Shown piece by piece: positions 1 through 11,759 of a stretch of 64,000 nt of DNA. The DNA is from Chiloscyllium plagiosum (lineage: Eukaryota). Under the pieces are notes generated by a model, which made no database searches, was not told where the DNA came from, and was given only the letters and a program-made list of their open reading frames with translations. The translations under genes were made by a program, and so were the position numbers. Location of the stretch: assembly GCF_004010195.1 (NCBI RefSeq), contig NC_057718.1:34082384-34146383 (forward strand), read 5' to 3'. Within the stretch, counting starts at the first letter, position 1. Every line of letters starts with the position of its first letter.

Positions 1-238
1 GCAACCTTTACACCCAGAGGGTGGTATGTGTATGGAATGAGCTGCCAGAGGAAGTGGTGGAGGCTGGTACAATTGCAACATTTAAGAGGCATTTGGATGA
101 GTATATGAATAGGAAGGGTTTGGAGGGATGTGGGCCGGGTGCTGGCAGGTGGGACTAGATTGGGTTGGGATATCTGGTCGGCATGGATGGGCTGGACTGA
201 AGGGTCTGTTTCTATGCTGTACATCTCTATGACTCTCT
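1..238 (+). mobile_element. CR1 LINE 3' end (young family 'A'): ORF2 C-terminus and 3' UTR
   Basis: Encodes FTPRVVCVWNELPEEVVEAGTIATFKRHLD; 3' UTR ends in CTCTATGACTCT; near-identical to copies at 2584, 20285, 25300, 37860 and 61088. Confidence 0.9.
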
Positions 239-244
239 CTCTAT

Positions 245-394
245 ACCTTCTCTGTGGCTGTAACACTGTATTCTGCACTCTGTTCAGCTACCCTGATGCA
301 GTTTGTATGGAAGGATCTATCTTTGTAACACACTTTTTGCTTTATCTTCCTACATGAGACAACAATAAATCAATCTATCAATCAATCAATCTAA
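245..394 (+). mobile_element. 3' tail fragment of a Rex1/Babar-like LINE
   Basis: Ends ACAACAATAAA followed by (TCAA)n; similar tails at 20057-20280 (-) and about 22990-23048 (+); family assignment from recall. Confidence 0.45.
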
Positions 395-408
395 TGTCTA
401 TTTGCTAT

Positions 409-1447
409 TGTCATGTATAGTATATTATAAACTTTCAGTCAATACTTTTAAGAATTGGGCATGAGCAGGCTATTAAAATAGATATTGGAAATCAGGTGAA
501 CTCTGGCCTTTGAGTTCCAGTCAGTACCAAGTCTCAGATGATTACTGGGTTAAATATGGACATTTCTCAGCCATTGGGTAAATCACATATCTCTTTGTCT
601 ACGGATGTACCAGTATCAAAGGACTATACTATTTCACGGTCACTGTTTCCATGTTCTACTGAAAAAGTGGGAAGCTGAAATTGAATTGGTGCCATTTAGA
701 AGTAAATGGTCCCTGTTTTCTATAGTAGCATAATGTCTGTATCAAATACTCAGAAGTGTTAACCTTCAACCCTGGATGTGTAATCACACAAACAGCCCAT
801 ATTACTGGAAAAAGACTCGGAACTTGAGAACAGCCACGTTAAGGCGGCCATGTTGTCTTTGTCTATTTTAAAAGATCACCTCGGAGATATTTACATTTAA
901 TTCCACTGAAGCCAACAGAAGCACTGTATTTAGCCAGACTATGAACCAGTTTCAAAATAAACTGAGAGAGATCAGGAAATCAAGGTTTCAATGGGAAGCT
1001 CACCTGAAATGCAACCTCTTGGAAATTTAACTTAAATCTGCTAATAACTTTTCTTTCCAAGACCCTCACTTCAATTTTAAAACATCAAACCAGGCAGAAA
1101 GCTGTAAGCCTGCCACATGTAAGATTGGAAATCAAAACCTGGAGACTGGGACCATTGCAATCTGTAAAAGTGTAGTACCCTTCTTTGTATCTGGTCCTTG
1201 TATGTGTGATATTTGCATGGGAGAATATGTGCAATTGTAATTATTCAGGGCAAATACGCAAGATTAGATCATCTTTATTTAAACTCACAAAAATTTCCTT
1301 TTCTCTTCATTCATTCATTTCTTTCCCATCCCTAGTTATCCATACTGCTGAATATATCATGGGTAAAAGATTCAGAAAAGACACACCTCCTTCATACAAA
1401 ATTATTGATTATGGGCAGGTAAGAAAATGTACATTCTGTCTGTGACA
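409..1447 (+). mobile_element. Putative solo LTR (about 1.04 kb)
   Basis: TGTCA...TGACA inverted termini; flanks CTAT/CTGT (4-bp TSD with 1 mismatch); no long ORF. Confidence 0.4.
1336..1418 (+). CDS. Candidate internal exon (83 nt; xIHTAEYIMGKRFRKDTPPSYKIIDYGQ), product unknown
   Basis: Long pyrimidine tract ending CCCTAG, donor CAG|GTAAGA, open frame; lies inside the putative LTR, so it may be cryptic. Confidence 0.3.
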
Positions 1448-2144
1448 CTGTACCTGGCCCTCTTGCGCGCTTTCTTCATTCCTAATGTGCACATTCTGAT
1501 TGCTGACTGGCTATGCACCCGTGCACCTTTGTAGGAACAATGGTGCTAGTTTGACTCAAGTGAAAGTTCTGGCGGTGACACTTAAATAAAACTCAAGACC
1601 AACCATCCAACTTTACATTTCACATTCTTCACCTCTTACCATCAACCTTCCTAGCATGGCACTTTGAAGACCTACTTCCAAGTGGACAATTTGCAGCACA
1701 TTTCTTATATTGTTATAAATGCATAGGATTCCCCCTCTTTTAATGTGCACATGATAATGTACTTCTACTTAATTAAAGTGTTTGCTATCATACTGACAAA
1801 CACTTTGTTTTTTATGTTGCTCAAGAAAGGAGGATTACCAGTTCATTTGAATAACTATAACAGCTGGCTAACTACTGAGTCATCTTTCATTTGGGATTCC
1901 AAGGATCAAAATAATTCGTATTTAACATGCAAAACATTCCTGCTAGTATTTAATTCCCAAGGCTTATGGCAGTTTCTCACTATGTCTGAAATGAAAATTG
2001 TCAGTGAGACCAAACCCTTCTGTTTGTTGTTCTCAAAATTCATCTTTCATTTACCTTTAATCCATATTTGTTACGTCTTTGAGGATAATGTCACACCAAA
2101 GCCTCTCTCCACACTGTTTACCAACTGGTATAAGCATCATTTGT

Positions 2145-3950
2145 TAGAACATAGATAGAACAAGAACAGTATAGCACAATACAGGCCATTTGGCCCTCAA
2201 CGTTGAGCCATACTTTTATCCTACTCTAAGATCAAACTAACCTACATGCCCTTCATTTTACAATCATCCATGTGCCTATCCAACAGTCGCTTAAATGTCC
2301 CTAATGTATCTGACTCTACTACCACTGCTGACAGTGCAATCCACACCCCCCCCCCCCCCCCGCCCACTATCTGTATAAAGAAATCTACCACTAATATTTC
2401 CCCTAAACCTTCCTCCAATCACCTTAAAATTATGCCCCTTTGTGATAGCCATTTCCGCCCTGGGAAAAAGTCACTGGCTATCCACTATCTCTGTGCCTTT
2501 CATCATCTTGTACACCTCTATCAAGTCATGTTTCATTGTTCTTCATTCCAATGAGAAAAGCGCCAGCTCTCTCAAACTTTCTTAGAGTCATAGAGATGTA
2601 CAGCATGGAAACAGATCCTTCGGCCCAACCCATCCATGCCGACCTTACATCTCAACCCAATCTAATCCCACCTGCCAGCACCTGGCCCATATCCCTCCAA
2701 ACCCTTCCTATTCATATACCCATCCACATGCCTCTTAAATGTTGCAATTGTACCAGCCTCCACCAGTTCCTCTGGCAGCTCATTCCATACACGTACCACC
2801 CTCTGTGTGAAAAAGTTGCCCCTTAGGCCTCTTTTATATCTTTCCCCTCTCACCCTAAACCTATGCCCTCTAGGACTCACTGACCCCAGGGAAAAGACTT
2901 TGTCTATTTATCCTATCCATGCCCCTCATAATTTTGTAAACCTCTATAAGGTTTAACCTCTACCACCCTCTGACGCTCCAGAGAAAACAGCCCCAGCCTG
3001 TTCAGCCTCTCCCTATACCTCAAATCCCCCAACCCTGGCAACATCCTTGTAAATCTTTTCTGAACCCTTTCAAGTTTCACAACATCTTTCCGATAGGAAG
3101 GAGACCAGAATTGCAAGCAATATTCTAACAGTGGCCTAACCAAATGTCCTGTTCGTAAGACATGCCCTCCAGTACAGGCAGCATCCTGGTAAATCTCCTC
3201 TGCACCCTCTCTAAAACTTCCACATCATTCCTATAATGAGGTGACCAGAACTGAACACAATATTCCAAGTGTGGTCTAACCAGTGCTTTATAGAGCTGCA
3301 GCATTACCTTAAACTTAATTTTCCTGCTAATGAAAGCCAACACAACATATGCCTTCTCAACAACCCCATCAACGTGGTTGCAACTTTGAGGGATTCATGG
3401 ACGTGGACCCCAAGATCCCTCTGTTCCTTTAAATTGCCACGAATCCTGCCTTTAACCCTGTAATCTGCATTCAAATTCGAACTTCCAAAATGAATCACTT
3501 CACAGTTTTCCAGGTTGAACTCCATCTGCTACTTCTCAGCCCAGCTCTGCATCCTGTCAACACTATCCACAACTCCAACAATCTTTGTGTCATTGCAAAA
3601 TTACTAACCCACCCTTCCACTTTCTCATCCAAGTCATTTATAAAACTCATAAAAAGCAGAGGTCCCAGAACAGATCCCTGCAGAACATCACTGGTCTTCC
3701 AGGCTGAATACTTTCCATCTACTACCACCCTCTATCTTTTATGGGCCAGCCAATTCTGTATCCAGACAGCCAAGTTTCCCTGTATCCCTTGCCTCATTAC
3801 TTTTTAAATGGGCTTGCCATGGGGAATCTCAGCAAACGCCTTGCTAAAATCTACATACACCACACCCACTGCTCTACCTTCATCAATGTGTTTTGTCACA
3901 TCCTAAAAGAATTCAATATGGGGTCATGTGAGGTGTGTGAGGCATGATCT
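2145..3950 (-). mobile_element. CR1 LINE (family 'B'), 5'-truncated RT region plus 3' UTR, interrupted by a family A copy
   Basis: ORF fragments QGSVLGPLLF..FINDLD, LVRPHLEYCVQFWSPHY; (TTCTA)n-type tail at 2145. Confidence 0.88.
2584..3150 (-). mobile_element. CR1 family A 3' fragment nested in CR1 family B
   Basis: [62 protein letters not shown] peptide; host element resumes after 3150. Confidence 0.9.
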
Positions 3951-4854
3951 GCTATTAACATTACAGATACTACTGCTCTACTTAAAAGGAAAATCATAAT
4001 ATTATGTGAATATTCCCATTATTAGGATATTAGGGCATGTCAGGGCAAACATGCATAGCATGCATGCACTACTGTATCACAAATTAAACTGTTATTAAGA
4101 CCTTTTACAAGACTTTAGTTAAATGACATTTCATACAGTATATTAGAAAAATAATGTTGAAATTAACTGTGTTCGTTCCCTGTTGTTCAGAGAAGGCAGC
4201 AATTAACGTGTTACATAAGCACGATTATTAAGTAATGATAAACCAGCAAGTATGCATATGTGGGGTTGGGGAAGTATAATTACCATGCCAGTGGCACTAC
4301 CTATTACGAAGCCCATTTTACCCATTTTAATCTCCTTATAAAATATTTTCCAAAGACTATTTGTCATTCTTCAAATGTAAATCAAGGAGTCTTTCTCAGT
4401 CTGCTCATGGGATGTGGGCATTGGTGGCACATCTATGACTCTTTGCACTCTCTTAATTGCTCTAGACATGGTGTGGTGAGCTATCTTCTTAAATTATTGC
4501 AGTCTGTGCGGCATGGGCACACCCACTGTGCTGTTACATAGGGAATTCCAAGATTTTAAGCCAGCAATAACAACGATGTTTGCAAGCTAGGACGGTGAGT
4601 GAATTCAAGAGGTTTTTGCAGATGGCATGCAGATAGAAGCCATAGGTTTCAAAAATCTATTGTGTAAGGTATAGAAAGTTTCTGAAGTGCAGCATGTAGA
4701 TGGCTATTGTGCACCAGTGATCGAGGGAGTGAATGTATAAGGTGGTGTATGCAATGCTAACCAAGTAGGCTGCTTTGTCCTGGATGGTGTCAAGCTTCAT
4801 GAGTGTTGTTGGTGCTGCATGCAACCAGGCAAATAGTGAATGTTCCATTACACA

Positions 4855-5071
4855 GTGGTCAGGCAGGAGGCTGGAAGAACACAACAAGCCAGGCTGCATC
4901 AGAAGATGGAAAAGTCGACATTTTGGGTGTACCCCTTCTGCAGGTCCTGAAGAAGGGTTACACCTGAAACATTGGCTTTTCCACCTCCTGATACTGCCTG
5001 TCTTGCGGTGTTCTTCCAGCCTCCTGCCTGTCTATTTTGGATTCCAGTATCTGCAGCTTTTTGTCTCTAGC
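4855..5071. mobile_element. PLE-derived foldback unit with hammerhead-like motif
   Basis: About 85-bp inverted arms meeting at CAGG-TC-CTG; CTGAAGA-A-GGGT-TAC-ACCT-GAAAC-ATT at 4947-4973; TSD CCATTACACA/CCATTATACA. Confidence 0.8.
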
Positions 5072-5289
5072 CCATTATACACTGGAACTGTGCATTGTAG
5101 ATGTTGGAAATATTGTAGAGAGTTAGGAGTTAAGTTGCACACTTTGACTTTGTCTCGTAGCTACAATATTGTGGTTGCTCCAGTACAGTTTTGGTCAATG
5201 GCAACGCCCAAGATGTTGTTGATGGTGTACTCAGTAATGATAAAGTAAGTCCCCTCTAATTTCTCCAGCCACTGCACAAACTTTCAAGA

Positions 5290-5386
5290 GTCAAGATTAG
5301 AGTGGTGGTGGAAAAGCACAGCAGGTCAGACAGCATCTCAGGAGCAGGAATATCGAAATTTCAGGCAAAAGCCCTTCATCAGGAAT
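5290..5386 (-). mobile_element. PLE terminal-repeat fragment with hammerhead core
   Basis: Reverse strand CTGATGA-A-GGGC-TTTT-GCCT-GAAA-TTTC; exact 9-bp TSD CTTTCAAGA (5281-5289, 5387-5395). Confidence 0.8.
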
Positions 5387-5782
5387 CTTTCAAGATCCTT
5401 GCATGGCAGCAGCTGGAGAAACCGGAAGTTAATGCATTGGCAAAGCATCATCATGCCAATTAGAATGACCTTCAGAGTGGCTAAGTTATCATAATTTATT
5501 GAATGTCAAAGGAGATGTTTCTTATTAGAAATGGACATTGCCTGATATTGCCTGTGTCATTATTATTACTGTGCAATTATCAGAGAGCATTGCTACTTCT
5601 GATCTTATGATTGAGGGGTTGATGAAGCAGAGCTTTGGGCTTAAAAACCCACCCTGATGACCTCTTGGAGTAGTTTCTTCAGACTGAAATGATTGACCTC
5701 CAACAAGAGGTCTTCCCTTGGTATGGCCCAAGCCAGTGGAGTGCTTTCTCTGATTCAGTTACTAAGGGTCCTTAATGTCATA

Positions 5783-5926
5783 GAGGAGAAAGTGAGGTCT
5801 GCAGATGCTGGAGATCAGAGCTGGAAATGTGTTGCTGGAAAAGCGCAGCAGGTCAGGCAGCATCCAGGGAACAGGAGAATCGATGTTTCGGGCATAAGCC
5901 CTTGCTTTTCCAGCAACACATTTCCA
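5783..5926 (-). mobile_element. PLE-derived short foldback unit
   Basis: Same family as 18859-19000; short inverted arm GCTTTTCCAGCAACACATTTCCA; exact 14-bp TSD TCCTTAATGTCATA (5769-5782, 5927-5940). Confidence 0.85.
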
Positions 5927-8082
5927 TCCTTAATGTCATACCCAGTCAAATACAGACATAATGTCAAGAGCATTCATTCTGGCTGGGCCAAAATTGAGCA
6001 TTGGTATCAAGTTCTTATTCTGTAAGTGATGTTTGAGCAGTGTTGACAACACCTTCCATAATTTTGCTGATGATTGGAGGTAGTCTCAAAGTGGAACAAT
6101 GGCTGGATGAAAATGACTTTTTCTGCACTTTGTCAGGTTGATGCTGTAGCTGTATTGGAATATCTTGACTAGAAATGTGGTTAGTTGTATAGTACAAATC
6201 TTCAGAACCATAGCTGGAATGTTGTCAAGGCCCATTGCATCTAGTGCACTCAGCTGTTTTTTGACATCACATGCTTGAATCAAATTGGCTGAAAACTGGT
6301 ACTACGATAATGGAGACTTCGGCAGAAGTCTGAGATTAATTACTCATTCAGTGCTGTGGCTGAAAATGGTTCCAAATGCCTTAACATTTGTTTTTGTTTT
6401 TGCTCACACAATGAACTCTCTCATTAATGAGGATGGAATTATTCATGAATGTTCTTGCTCCCATTGTTTAATTATCCACATACTTCTGACAGGATGTAAT
6501 AGGTTTACTGAGCTTTGTTCTCATCAGTTGGATATAGAATTGTTTAATTTTCTCCATAGCATATTGCTTTTGTTATTTTCAGTTATCTGTTGTAACGTCC
6601 CTTAGTATTTCATTTATAGATATGCCTGCAGTTGCTCCTGATTTACTTCAGCTTGGTAGTAATGATAGAGTGAGGAATATGCCAGGCCAAGAAATTATTG
6701 ATATGGATTGCAATTCTGTTACTACTGATGACATTCCAGTCTTGAGTTGCTATGCTTTCTTTCTGAATACCCAATGTAGCCTTGGTGGTAATGCCACCCA
6801 ATAGAGGATGTCCTTTATCTCCATTGTGCAGTGATCACAGTTACCGATACTATTACGAACATGTTCTGGGACAGGGAAATTGGTGAGAGTGGGACGTAGG
6901 TCATGTTGGCTTTCTCATCACTTGCTGCACCTACAATATGGCAGGCATGGCCCTCAGAGCTTTGTCAGTTTGGTCAGTTGAGTATGCAGCAAACAATGTT
7001 TGGCAATGGATATCACTCAACCAGAGTACATTCTGTGCTTTTGCTAACCTGATTGCTTCTTCCAAGTGTCAATGTTTAGCACAGAGCAATGCTGATTCTT
7101 CAATTGATGGAGAACAGCAATTGATTATTAGCAGGAAATTACCTTGCCTATATTTGATCTGATGACATGAGACTGCATCTGGTCCATAGTCAATGTTGAG
7201 GTCAACCAGCACCATCCTCTCCCAAAGTAATCCAATGTGTCAAACACCTTTAACGAATCTGTCCTGGTGATGGAAGAGTCTGGGATATTGGCTGGAAGGT
7301 ATGATTCTGCAATTACTCTACCAACCTGTTGCTTGACAAACCTCTGGGAGAACTTTCCAGATGTTAGTGAGAAGGCCTTTGAACAGTATGGGTGTACCAT
7401 TGTCATATATGATACCTGGATTGAAGCCAAGTTCATTGTTTTGTTGGTTGTGATTGTGGAGTTTTGGGGAGAAGTCATTTGATCATTTACCTCATTCACT
7501 GAGGGATCTTTGAGACTTTGACTGCAGGATTTTTCTATATAACAGTAAAGACTGGAGTTCAAAAAGAACTTAATTGGCTGTAAAATGTTTTAGAACATCC
7601 TGAGAAATATGACATTATTTATAGTTCCCCCTTAGAACTGACAGAGTTGACAAATTTATTTAATAACATTGAGAAAATAGCATCTCTCTTTGTTTTCCTC
7701 TTTGCAATCTACATATCTCTGTCAACATAACAATGTTGTTAAACTATAAATAGGTAACCTCAAAACCGCAAAACTTAATATAATTAAACTTGATGTAAAT
7801 AAATACGATAAAACTTGTTTTGGAGTTGAAGGGTATTTCATCTTTTGTGACATGGAAAATACACTGGAAGTGAGGAAATACAGATTCCGCTTTTTACATT
7901 GATCTTCAGAAATAGCATTTTCTGCAATGCAGCATAGTTAACTTCCCCTTTTCATGGTTGCGCAATTCGTAAACTGTTATAACTTCCTTCTGAACATGCA
8001 GCATGTGCAACATTTTGATTTTGTTTTCAAATACTTGTTCAAAAGCATCTTTCCTTCCTGGTCAATTGTCAATGAGATATTA

Positions 8083-8225
8083 AACAAAAACAGAAAGTGT
8101 TGGAGTAACTCAGCAGGTCAATAGCATCTGTGGAGAGAGAAACAGTTAACATTTCAAATCCAGTGACTCTGTAGTCACTGCTTTTGTTTCAGATTTCCAG
8201 TATCTGCAGTTCTTTGTTTTATATT
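8083..8225. mobile_element. Older PLE-derived short repeat (CTGGAGAAACTCAGCAGGTC family)
   Basis: Related copies at about 10400-10515, 14965-15075, 40895-41120, 42600-42690, 50375-50460, 51795-51940, 56090-56185; several have foldback structure. Confidence 0.6.
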
Positions 8226-8719
8226 ATTATGCCAATGAAATGTTGTCTGTTTTTGTTCAAAAATTGAGGATCAAGCTATAGATTCATCACAAAAATGCTT
8301 AGGTACATATTTTGAAAATCACATGTTAACACTTTTTTTGTTTCCTTAGCTTCTTGTATTTGATGTAATGGGAAACTTGCAATTTTTTTTCTAAGTCTGT
8401 AGATACGACCTGGAACATTCAACACTAAATTTTAAAAATCCAAGGGATGGAACCAACAACTTGTGGAGGAGTGTTGGACAAGAGGAAATGGAACACCCTA
8501 CTCAATGTCAATGGAAAGAAAGTTCTGGCTGGATGTATGAAGATCGGTTATTTGGCTGTGGTTCACTTTAGTCCATGCCTAAATGATAAAATTCACCAAA
8601 GATGTTTACAATATGATAATCAGAATGGAATATTTGCTTATTTCTACAATTGATACTTATTATGCATATTCTAACTTCCTACCTTAATTCCTGTTGTGAC
8701 AAGACATTGTTTTTAAAAT

Positions 8720-9040
8720 TCTGACATGGGACATGAGTGTTATTGGCAAGGCTGTCAGCCTATAACTGCCCTTTAGCCGTTTGACCGTCCAGGCCATTTC
8801 AAAGACAGCTAAGAGTCAACTTCATTTCTGAAAGTCTGGATTGATGTGTAGGCCAAACCAGGTAAGGATAGCAGATTTCCCTCCCTATAGAACATTAGTG
8901 AACCAGATAGGTTTTTGACATAGTTTAGTATGAAATTAGGGCTAATTAAAAAAGAACAGATTCTGTTGAATTCAAATATTTGCCATGGGAGCATTGAACT
9001 TAGTCACCACAGCATTAACCTGTGGCTTCCGTCTCCAGCT
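8720..9040 (-). mobile_element. SINE family whose 3' tail resembles LINE family C
   Basis: Shared core GGCCAAACCAGGTAAGGATAGCAGATTTCC; related copies at 34290-34555 (-), 45545-45690 (+), 49005-49332 (+), 54830-55170 (-). Confidence 0.6.
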
Positions 9041-9669
9041 TCCCTCTCGGGACTATACTTGTACATGAGCCCTCATTCTGACCGTCAGCACAACATCACC
9101 CCGGTTGTGTCTGATCCTGTTCTCACCTACCATTGACATGCACACTTTCCAAGAGATTATTCACCATTTAATGATCAGAAGCTGCAGTTGCTTTCTCTTT
9201 GGTGGCAATTATTGTGGTACCTTGATAAATTCTCAGGTGGAGAAAAGAAATGTTGACCAAGATTGCATTTATTTCATATGAACTAACAAAACATTGTTCG
9301 TGTCTCTTGTGTCAGCTCTGGCCTACAGTCAGTGATGTGTGATTAAACCTTGGAGCAAACTCTAAGGATTAGCAAGAATCTTGAAAATCTAAACAAAAGC
9401 TTGAGTTCCACCTGGAAACAATTATAGTATTTTGAAAACTTATTGATTGTTTTAGCAGGATCTCAAATGATTGCAGTTCATTACTGCAGTAATTTTTGTC
9501 TAAATAAATCCCTCTTTATCTCAATTACATGTTCATAGGCTTAGAGTAATGTAACAGCGGTGTTGCTAATCAAAAAAAGAATTATTTTCTTATTCTTGAA
9601 AACAAATATCATCCTGTTTATGGGGGCACAATTAAAAGTTGATGTGAATAAATACTCAATTGTATTTTC

Positions 9670-9888
9670 TTAATCAATGCATGGAATGCGTTGCCAGCAG
9701 TGGTGGTGGAAGCAGAGTCATTAGGGACATTTAAGCGGCTGCTGGACATACACATGGATAGCAGTAAAATGAGGGGTGACTAGGTTAAGTTATTATATTT
9801 TACATTAGGATTAAACCTCAGCACAACATTGTGGGCCAAAGGGCCTGTTCTGTGCTGTACTTTTCTATGGTCTATGTTCTATGTTCTA
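9670..9888 (+). mobile_element. CR1 3' end with (TTCTATG)n tail
   Basis: WNALPAVVVEAESLGTFKRLLD; 3' UTR GGGCCAAAGGGCCTGTTCTGTGCTGTA. Confidence 0.8.
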
Positions 9889-9944
9889 CTTAACAAAAGG
9901 CACAGCTGTTTGACATCAAGATTGCCCTATTGTAGGAGTTATTT

Positions 9945-10170
9945 GAGGGGCCCTTTAGTAGTGCAGAGCTAGAGTCCCTACCCTTGGACCTGAAGGCCTG
10001 GGTTCAAATTCTATTTGTTCCAGCAGTGTATAATAAAATCTGAACAGGTTAATTAGGAAAAATAGGTGTAGGAGTTTTTTAGGGCCCTTTTGTAGGTACA
10101 CAGGTTCAAGTCTCACCAGCTCCAGAGGAGGGTAATAACATCTTTGAACAGGTTGATTAGAAAAATAACA
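9945..10170 (+). mobile_element. Two tandem copies of a short tRNA-derived SINE
   Basis: B-box-like GGTTCAAATTC / GGTTCAAGTCTC; shared tail TGAACAGGTT(A/G)ATTAG; TAGGAGTT(A/T)TTT occurs at 9933, 10069 and 10171. Confidence 0.6.
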
Positions 10171-10526
10171 TAGGAGTTATTTAGCTGAGTTTCAAAGGTA
10201 ATTGGGTTGTTGTGTAGAATGATGTTGTGTAGAATGATGGTACAGGTTCAAACCTAATAATGGTTGTGGTAATCCATGGGTGGCTATCCCCTTGTCTTTC
10301 CATGCTTGAAGCAGGTAGGGGCCCTCAAACTCCTTAATTATTTGTTTCTTTTTAATACAGAGATATAGCTCTGGTCCTTTATTATTAATTATTTAAAAAA
10401 TAGAAAGAACTGCAGATCCTGAAAATATGAAACAAAAACAGAAATTGCTAGAAACCTCAGCAAGTCCGACAGCATTTGTGGAGAGAAATCAGAGTTAACA
10501 TTTCAGCTCCAGTGAGCGGCAATCTT

Positions 10527-10790
10527 TGTGAAGATGGATCCAAAATGGTATTATGGAACAATGTCAAGGATTGCGACTGAGCAACACTCTAGGAATGGTG
10601 ATGTAGGTTGCAGAGTAAAGGGATAACTGTGCCTTTACTTTAAGAATAGTTACTGAGCAAGTGCATAAGGAGTTACGTTGTATGTTGGATATCCTCACTT
10701 TTCATTCCTTGTATATACTTGTACTTAATAAAGATAGTCAATATTCAGGTGGAGAAACTTGAGTGAGTGTTGACCTGATATTTCTACACA
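10527..10790 (+). mobile_element. Possible small solo LTR
   Basis: TGTG...CACA termini and internal AATAAA; no clean TSD. Confidence 0.3.
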
Positions 10791-10799
10791 TATCCAAGA

Positions 10800-11700
10800 C
10801 AGGATATTAAGAGTTTTGGAGAATAATAAGATTGCTCCAATTCATACTTTAGCTCAAAGGAAGATGGCTGTGGTTTATGGACGCCACTCATCTTGGTCCG
10901 AGGATATTGCTGCAGGCTTTCCTCAGAGTAAAGACCTAGTCTCCGCTATCTTCACTGCCTCATCAAAGAACTTGCCTCCAATCATTAGCTCAGAAGAGGC
11001 AACCTTCAATGATGGTTGAATCATTGAGTCATGGCTCAATGGCTCTTGCCCCGAGATCTCTTAATTCAGGTCACACTCCAGGATATGAGCAAAGCGACCA
11101 AGGTTGACACTGTCTTTCAGAAGAGCTATTAAATTAAGACTCTATCAGTCTGATAAGGGTGATGTAAAAGATTCCATAGCACTATTTTGATAGCAGGAAT
11201 AGCAAGAAAGTTATCCCCAGTGTCCTAGTTAATATTTATCCTTCAATTAATATCATAAAAAATACAGACTATCTGGTCATTGTCACAGTACTGGTTTGCT
11301 GTGTGCAAATGGGCTGATGCAATTCCTATATTATGATATTTGACTGCATTTCAAAAAGCTTTTCTTTGTCTGTAAAGCACTTCAATACATCCAATGGTCA
11401 TGAAAAGCATAATGTAAATGAAAGTCTTACTTTTCTCTCAGCTACTGAAGCTATGCATTCCACATGAGGCAAGATCTGAACAACGTTCAGGCTTTGGATG
11501 ATAACTGGTATTTAATATTTATGCCATACAAATGCCAGACAACGACCATCTCCACAAAAAGATAACCTAGCCACATTTAGTTGACATTTCATAATCTAGA
11601 TCCTAGATGTTACCATTGACAATAAACTAATCTTGACCAGCCATATAAATTCTGTGGCTCTAAGAGCAGGTCAGAGGCCAGGGATTCTACAGTGAGTACT
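10800..11700 (+). mobile_element. LINE family C RT fragments, interrupted by a Deu-domain SINE
   Basis: LAQRKMAVVYGRHSSWSEDIAAGFPQ (cf. RT 'GVPQGS' region). Confidence 0.6.
11026..11432 (+). mobile_element. DeuSINE-type (SacSINE1/AmnSINE1-like) SINE
   Basis: Deu-domain-like GATGTAAAAGATTCCATAGCACTATTT...TATCCCCAGTGTCCTAGTTAATATTTATCCTTCAA; related copies at about 37270-37600 and 50535-50835. Confidence 0.65.
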
Positions 11701-11759
11701 CGGCTATTGTTTGTGGTATGTCCTTCAATGTTCCACTTGAATCAGTGGAGGCCTTGGTT

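Larger units (their letters stand above)
4385..7420 (-). mobile_element. Old degenerate CR1/L2-group LINE (family 'C'), ORF2 from APE endonuclease to 3' UTR
   Basis: Peptides VIAESYLPANIPDSSIT (APE), MGLDNIPAMVLKIC, PIISKIMEGVVN, AAPTTLMKLDTIQDKAAYLV; interrupted by three PLE-derived units. Confidence 0.75.

Noticed and set aside
1745..2158. 137-aa ORF
   Set aside because: Non-ATG start, AT-rich hydrophobic composition, no domain
5290..5926. Recurring GCTGGAAAAGC(A/G)CAGCAGGTCAG motif as a CRISPR-like repeat
   Set aside because: Dispersed, in both orientations, TSD-flanked and eukaryotic; no regular spacers or cas genes
8403..8653. Possible exon or ORF after a T-rich AG
   Set aside because: Weak donor and no recognisable peptide
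10208..10237. 15-bp tandem duplication TGTTGTGTAGAATGA
   Set aside because: Ordinary local slippage with no further structure
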